10,796 bases of DNA from a virus (Duplodnaviria > Heunggongvirae > Uroviricota > Caudoviricetes). Both the position numbers and the translations under genes were made by a program. Where the stretch lies: positions 1 to 10,796 of the IMG/VR virus record IMGVR_UViG_2690316318_000025. One strand, given 5' to 3'. The first letter of the stretch is position 1. Every line of letters begins with the position of its first letter. Below, piece by piece: positions 6,822 to 10,796 of this stretch. A model generated the notes under the pieces. It was not told the origin of the DNA. It ran no database searches and saw only the letters and a program-made list of their open reading frames with translations.

Positions 6822-7303
6822 CTGGACATGCAGCAATCCTCGACATGTGCTGTGGCAGTCGCATGTTCTGGTTCGATAAGAATGACGACCGGGCGATATT
6901 TAGCGATATCAGAAAGGAAGAGCACACATTGTGTGATGGACGACGCCTGATTATCAGTCCTGACCTGATAGCTGATTTTCGTGCACTACCATTTGCAGAC
7001 GCATCCTTTTCGATGGTTGTATTCGACCCTCCGCATCTTGAGCGTGTTGGTGATAACGCCTGGATGGGAAAGAAATATGGACGGCTGAATAAAGATACCT
7101 GGCGTGATGATTTACGGCAGGGATTCAAAGAAGCCTTTCGTGTGTTGTGGCCATACGGCGTTCTGATTTTTAAATGGAATGAAACGCAAATACCTGTTCG
7201 CCAGATATTGGCACTGACCGACAGAAAACCTGTTATCGGTCAACGAACAGGAAAGGGTGACAAGACCCACTGGATTATTTTTATGAAGGAGGGCAACCAG
7301 TGA
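6818..7303 (+). CDS. Small SAM-dependent methyltransferase, probably an N6-adenine/N4-cytosine-type DNA MTase with a DPPH catalytic motif, ~161 aa
   Basis: GTG at 6818 overlaps the upstream stop (GTGA), with AAGGAGG RBS at 6804-6810. Alternative starts are ATG 6785 (track ORF) or ATG 6845. Motif I-like ILDMCCGSRMFW, acidic FSDI, and motif IV VVFDPPH. No adjacent restriction endonuclease candidate, so an orphan MTase. Confidence 0.6.
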   Translation: MTGHAAILDMCCGSRMFWFDKNDDRAIFSDIRKEEHTLCDGRRLIISPDLIADFRALPFADASFSMVVFDPPHLERVGDNAWMGKKYGRLNKDTWRDDLRQGFKEAFRVLWPYGVLIFKWNETQIPVRQILALTDRKPVIGQRTGKGDKTHWIIFMKEGNQ

Positions 7304-8022
7304 GCAAGATTGATTATCAGACGCTACGGGAACGTTATTCACCTAAGCCAGTACCTGAGTGCTCTGTTTGTGGCGAGGAAATGTCAATACAGCGTATATC
7401 TGGAGCACATGTCGTTTATGCCTGCTCCAGTTATGGTGGTGATGGAGATTTCAAAATTGGTCGAACACTTGCCGACGAACATTATGAAAAATCACGCGTA
7501 ACAGTAGTTGATGACAGTGACCCTGATGTGATTGCACTACTGGACGAACTGGAGGCAGCAAAATCAAAACTCAACGAGCAGCGTGAGTATTACGAAGGTG
7601 TTATCTCGGATGGAAGTAAGCGTATTGCTGAACTGGAGAAAAGCGAAGAGCAACTCATCAATGAGCGTGACCATGCTGAGTCTGCTTTAGATGATATGTA
7701 CTTTGCAGCAACCGGTAACAGGCCGGAGTGGAGCAACTGGTTCGGCTTTTCAGATGCTGTCGATGCCGTGGTTGACAGAATTGCTGATTTAGAAGCTAAA
7801 CAATGCATTGAAGAGATGAGTAAACAAAGTTGCGAAGCTCGGGAGCGTGATTTGTTTGAATCATGGGTAATGCATTCAATTTGTATTTCCAAATCGACGC
7901 TTGAAGGATTGCGCACCGAAACTGGATACCGTAACGCGACCTTATCAGGAACAGACTTCAACCGCATGTGGAAACAATGGAAATCTATCCGCGCCGCTGG
8001 CATTCGCATCAAAGGAGAGTGA
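7300..8022 (+). CDS. Ead/Ea22-like early protein (Cys cluster plus coiled coil), 240 aa
   Basis: GTG start at 7300 overlapping the upstream stop (GTGA), RBS GAAGGAGGG at 7286-7293. N-terminal CxxC...C cluster (CSVCGEEMS...YACSS) and a central coiled-coil-like segment (LLDELEAAKSKLNEQREYYEG...AELEKSEEQLINERD). Family call is from memory of Ea22-like proteins. Confidence 0.45.
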   Translation: MSKIDYQTLRERYSPKPVPECSVCGEEMSIQRISGAHVVYACSSYGGDGDFKIGRTLADEHYEKSRVTVVDDSDPDVIALLDELEAAKSKLNEQREYYEGVISDGSKRIAELEKSEEQLINERDHAESALDDMYFAATGNRPEWSNWFGFSDAVDAVVDRIADLEAKQCIEEMSKQSCEARERDLFESWVMHSICISKSTLEGLRTETGYRNATLSGTDFNRMWKQWKSIRAAGIRIKGE

Positions 8023-8023
8023 T

Positions 8024-8215
8024 ATGAACGGACAAATATCAATTGTTCGACCGGGAGCATGTGACGATCGCGAGATACGAATGATTATTCGTCTGGCGAT
8101 GGGGAAAACAATAACTGCTCTCATTACTCCTGAAAATCTCGCATTAGCATTAACAGGAAAGTCAGACTTGCCAGTAGAGCTAAAGCTGCGAAATGTTGAG
8201 ATTAAGGTGAAATAG
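8024..8215 (+). CDS. Hypothetical small protein, 63 aa
   Basis: ATG 8024 (internal Met of track ORF 7901..8215) with AAAGGAGAG RBS directly upstream; it starts 2 nt after the upstream stop. No domain recognised. Confidence 0.5.
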   Translation: MNGQISIVRPGACDDREIRMIIRLAMGKTITALITPENLALALTGKSDLPVELKLRNVEIKVK

Positions 8216-8217
8216 TT

Positions 8218-8952
8218 ATGAATACTCTTACCAAAGAATGGTTACAGAACACGATTACCAGCATTGAGTCAGCACGGGATGAAATACCGTTCGGACTCGA
8301 TGAAGATCAAAACAACATGCTTACCGCATTAAAAATTGCACTGGCATCACTGGCAGCAGTATCGGATGAACGAGCAGCCTATGAATTATTTATGGAGAAG
8401 CGTTTCGGGGAATCTGTAGATCGCCGTAGGGCAAAAAATGGCGATAGAGAATACATGGCATGGGATATGGCGCTTGGCTGGATTATCTGGTGTCACCGCG
8501 CCGCCATGCTTCAGGGTAGCCAACCTGTAAGCCAAACTTACAACTTGCCAGAATTAATCGAAGGCATGGAAGTTTCCATTGATATAAGCACTTGTGATGC
8601 TGATTTAGGTAATCGCTATTTCGGCACCGTCACCGAAGCGTTAGAACTTGATACAGCCAAGAATGGTTACATCCTCTTGGTTCAGGACGCAGAGCCAAAC
8701 TTCGATGTAAATGGCAACTCTCCGGGAACTCCGGATAGTTGGATAAGCTGTAGTGATCGAATGCCTGAAAAGGGCCAGAACGTGCTTATTTCGGTGAATT
8801 TCGATAGCTCTCTGGTTGAACCGCTAATATGCTCCGCACGCTATACCGGAAGCACCTTTCGGCGCGGAGATGCAACGATTAAGCCGGGTAATGGTATTGA
8901 GCAAGCAACTCACTGGATGCCGCTACCGGAACCGCCGCAGGAGGTGAAGTGA
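8218..8952 (+). CDS. DUF551-domain phage protein (unknown N-terminal domain plus C-terminal DUF551), 244 aa
   Basis: ORF 8218..8952 (+). The C-terminal segment WISCSDRMPEKGQNVLISV...ATHWMPLPEPP matches the DUF551 pattern (W...P.....VL...HWMPLPEPP) common in enterobacterial prophage early regions. Confidence 0.7.
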   Translation: MNTLTKEWLQNTITSIESARDEIPFGLDEDQNNMLTALKIALASLAAVSDERAAYELFMEKRFGESVDRRRAKNGDREYMAWDMALGWIIWCHRAAMLQGSQPVSQTYNLPELIEGMEVSIDISTCDADLGNRYFGTVTEALELDTAKNGYILLVQDAEPNFDVNGNSPGTPDSWISCSDRMPEKGQNVLISVNFDSSLVEPLICSARYTGSTFRRGDATIKPGNGIEQATHWMPLPEPPQEVK

Positions 8953-9524
8953 TGAACAACTTAATGATCGACCTTGAGACGATGGGGAAAAATAAGGATG
9001 CACCGATCGTTTCCATTGGCGCGGTGTTCTTCACTCCAGAAACCGGAGACATCGGACAAGAATTCTATGCGGTTGTCAGCCTAGACAGTGCTATGAAGCA
9101 AGGAGCTACACCTGACGGCGATACCATCCTGTGGTGGTTGAAACAAAGCCCTGAAGCGCGAGCTGCAATCTGTATTGATGATACTTTGTCGATCAGCGAT
9201 GCTCTCTCAGAACTAAACCATTTCATTAACCGGCACGCAGACAATACGAAATATTTAAAAGTCTGGGGTAACGGGGCCACCTTCGACAACGTAATTTTAC
9301 GTGGAGCTTACGAGCGAGCAGGACAAATCTGCCCGTGGGCGTACTGGAATGACCACGATGTACGCACGATCGTTACGCTTGGGCGTTCCATGGGATTCGA
9401 CCCCAAAATGGACATGCCTTTCGATGGCGAACGGCACAACGCCCTGGCTGATGCCCGTCATCAGGCAAAATATGTTTCCGCTATCTGGCAGAAATTAATT
9501 CCTGCCACCAGCACAGAATTATGA
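8952..9524 (+). CDS. 3'-5' exonuclease, DEDDh (DnaQ-like) family, 190 aa
   Basis: ATG 8952 with GGAGG RBS about 7 nt upstream; the track ORF starts at GTG 8949. Exo motifs: IDLETMG (Exo I, D-x-E), WGNGATFDNVIL (Exo II), ERHNALADARH (Exo III with His). Confidence 0.8.
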   Translation: MNNLMIDLETMGKNKDAPIVSIGAVFFTPETGDIGQEFYAVVSLDSAMKQGATPDGDTILWWLKQSPEARAAICIDDTLSISDALSELNHFINRHADNTKYLKVWGNGATFDNVILRGAYERAGQICPWAYWNDHDVRTIVTLGRSMGFDPKMDMPFDGERHNALADARHQAKYVSAIWQKLIPATSTEL

Positions 9525-9560
9525 TTTTCCCGGGTGCAGCCGGTTTTGATGGAGAAAATT

Positions 9561-9842
9561 ATGAACACCTTGTTTTTACTGATGGCTGAATTCAATACCC
9601 CAAACATTGAACTCTCAGCAGTTAGCCAAAAGTACTTTGGTATGAGTCCAGCCACGGCAGAAGCAAAAGCAAACGCTTGTAAGTTGCCCGTTCCAACATA
9701 TCGCATCGGCACATCACAAAAAGCAAAACGTTGCATCAATATTCAAGATCTTGCGGAATACATAGACAAAAGGCGAGAAGAAGGACGTATCGAGTGGGAA
9801 CAGGTCAGAACAGTCAAACAGAAGGACAAAGAACATCACTAA
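9561..9842 (+). CDS. Excisionase-like DNA-binding protein (PrtN/AlpA-like), 93 aa
   Basis: ATG 9561 with GGAGAA RBS upstream; the track ORF begins at 9534. MNTLFLLMAEFNTPNIELSAVSQKYFGMSPATAEAKANACKLPVPTYRIG... resembles PrtN-type excisionase/activator proteins. Last gene of the rightward operon, followed by a strong terminator. Confidence 0.55.
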   Translation: MNTLFLLMAEFNTPNIELSAVSQKYFGMSPATAEAKANACKLPVPTYRIGTSQKAKRCINIQDLAEYIDKRREEGRIEWEQVRTVKQKDKEHH

Positions 9843-9843
9843 A

Positions 9844-9871
9844 GAAAAAACCCGCCTGAAGGCGGGTTTTC
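9844..9871. terminator. Bidirectional rho-independent terminator
   Basis: A-tract (9844-9850), stem CCCGCC (9851-9856), loop TGAA, stem GGCGGG (9861-9866), then TTTT (9867-9870). It lies between convergent genes (9561..9842 + and 9890..10063 -). Confidence 0.8.
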
Positions 9872-9889
9872 AAAAAGCACCAGCTATGA

Positions 9890-10063
9890 TCATGCTGCTT
9901 TGCGACGACGAAGCTTACCCTGCTGCTCTTTACCAGAGACAGTAGCGTGAGTGAACGCATTAGGAGCAGCCTTCATCAGAACTTCAACAGCAGCACCCAT
10001 ACCTGCGAATGCTTTCATTGTGTCGAACTTAACCTGTGGCTTGGTTGCTTTTTGATCTTTCAT
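9890..10063 (-). CDS. Small Lys/Ala-rich basic protein, 57 aa, function unknown
   Basis: Not in the ORF track (under 60 aa). ATG at 10063..10061 with GGGAG RBS about 8 nt upstream; stop TGA at 9892..9890. Translation: MKDQKATKPQVKFDTMKAFAGMGAAVEVLMKAAPNAFTHATVSGKEQQGKLRRRKAA. Codon choice resembles well-expressed enterobacterial genes, and it ends at the bidirectional terminator. Confidence 0.5.
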   Translation of the reverse strand: MKDQKATKPQVKFDTMKAFAGMGAAVEVLMKAAPNAFTHATVSGKEQQGKLRRRKAA

Positions 10064-10133
10064 AGAAAACTCCCGAGACAGTAAAGGCGTCTCTAACCCT
10101 TTCTTTAAAGCTAGCTTGTTTCGCTAACTTATG

Positions 10134-10154
10134 CCAATCGATCATGTCGATTGG
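10134..10154. promoter_or_regulatory. Palindrome CCAATCGA-tcatg-TCGATTGG, candidate regulator-binding site
   Basis: Eight-bp perfect inverted arms separated by 5 bp, lying 70-90 bp upstream of the 57-aa gene in an AT-rich intergenic region (10064..10259). Confidence 0.3.
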
Positions 10155-10259
10155 TGACATCGTTTCTTAGTAGTTTAAGCACAAAACGACTGCCATAGAT
10201 GTACCTTTAAGGTAATCTGGACGGGTATCCTACAATTTGTAGACCCTTCTCGTCTATAC

Positions 10260-10796
10260 CTACTGAGCAAATTTAAGAAAGATATCCTGCAGCTCATCAA
10301 TGACTGCAGACATCACATAACCGCACTGTTCCATGCGGAAACCAAAAGACTCGTAATACTGCACCAGTTCTGGTACTGGCTCTACAATGTGGACAACTTT
10401 ACATTCAACAGCTTTACAAAATATAAAAGCACTCATAAGAGTGAGTAAAACCATGCGCCCTTTCAATGGGTGAGATTCATCTTCTCTAGAAAACCTTTCG
10501 ATCATATGGATACGAAAGATGTTTTCTTCAACCCCATAAACACAAATTGCTGCTCCTGATGGTATTCCCTGAACCCGACCTTGCTGAACAAGTTTTATGC
10601 AGAACTCATACTTTTCTCTGGAGTTGCCATAGGTGCTTAACGCATAGTCCCATTCAAGCTCACCATAGCCACCACACAGAATCTTGTAATCATCATCACT
10701 GAGCGGACCAACAGCAAGAGGTAAGCCGACATGATCAATAATCAACTGGATATTGTTACGTACAGATTGACCTATCTCGTCTAGGGTAAGCATCAT
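10260..10796 (-). CDS. GNAT-fold acetyltransferase-like protein (divergent motif A), 178 aa or longer; start at or beyond the window edge
   Basis: ORF 10260..10796 (-), stop TAG at 10262..10260; the N-terminal MM codons sit on the last bases of the window, so the true start may lie outside. The segment HPLKGRMVLLTLMSAFIFCKAVECKVVHIVEPVPELVQYYESFGF fits the GNAT beta4-alpha3...beta5-alpha4 pattern (R/KxG...L....A...G...V.L.V...N..A..FY...GF). AT-richer than the prophage genes. Confidence 0.45.
   Translation of the reverse strand: MMLTLDEIGQSVRNNIQLIIDHVGLPLAVGPLSDDDYKILCGGYGELEWDYALSTYGNSREKYEFCIKLVQQGRVQGIPSGAAICVYGVEENIFRIHMIERFSREDESHPLKGRMVLLTLMSAFIFCKAVECKVVHIVEPVPELVQYYESFGFRMEQCGYVMSAVIDELQDIFLKFAQ

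Noticed and set aside
5367-9739. Short ORFs overlapping annotated early-left genes (for example 5367..5558, 5458..5703, 6210..6395, 6293..6544, 6423..6650, 6647..7128, 7112..7342, 7310..7501, 7590..8060, 9065..9289, 9301..9498, 9461..9739)
   Set aside because: Each is nested in or antisense to a longer ORF with better start context and recognisable protein features.
9872-10259. tRNA gene or attachment-site core at the presumed prophage end
   Set aside because: No tRNA-like T-arm/acceptor features or obvious direct repeat of prophage-internal sequence could be identified by eye; the boundary cannot be placed from this window alone.

Overview
This window reads as the immunity, replication and early-left regions of a lambdoid prophage of an enterobacterium, most likely a CPS-53/KplE1-like element; all calls rest on reading the sequence and the ORF track, with no database search run. 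Centre: a LexA-type (S24 peptidase) cI-like repressor (3222..3896, +) divergent from a small Cro/YdaS-like gene (3131..2931, -), with operator-like palindromes and sigma70-like promoters between them. Leftward (- strand) a translationally coupled operon runs cro-like, YdaT/CII-like, two unrecognised ORFs (278 aa and 78 aa), an O-like replication initiator carrying iteron-like repeats, and a PerC-like regulator. Rightward (+ strand) a terminator and PL-like promoter/operator follow cI, then ~600 bp with no convincing ORF, then YfdP-, YfdQ-, YfdR (HD-domain)- and YfdS-like genes, a small methyltransferase, an Ea22-like protein, a DUF551 protein, a DEDDh exonuclease and an excisionase-like gene ending at a bidirectional terminator (~9844..9871). 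Beyond that lie a small Lys-rich ORF and a GNAT-like gene (-) running to the window edge, possibly outside the prophage. No rRNA, tRNA, CRISPR array, transposase or integrase was seen. The best candidates for undescribed biology are the two unknown genes inside the early-right operon, the long untranslated region after PL with no N-like gene, and the HD-nucleotidase/methyltransferase early-left cluster; none amounts to a demonstrated new system.
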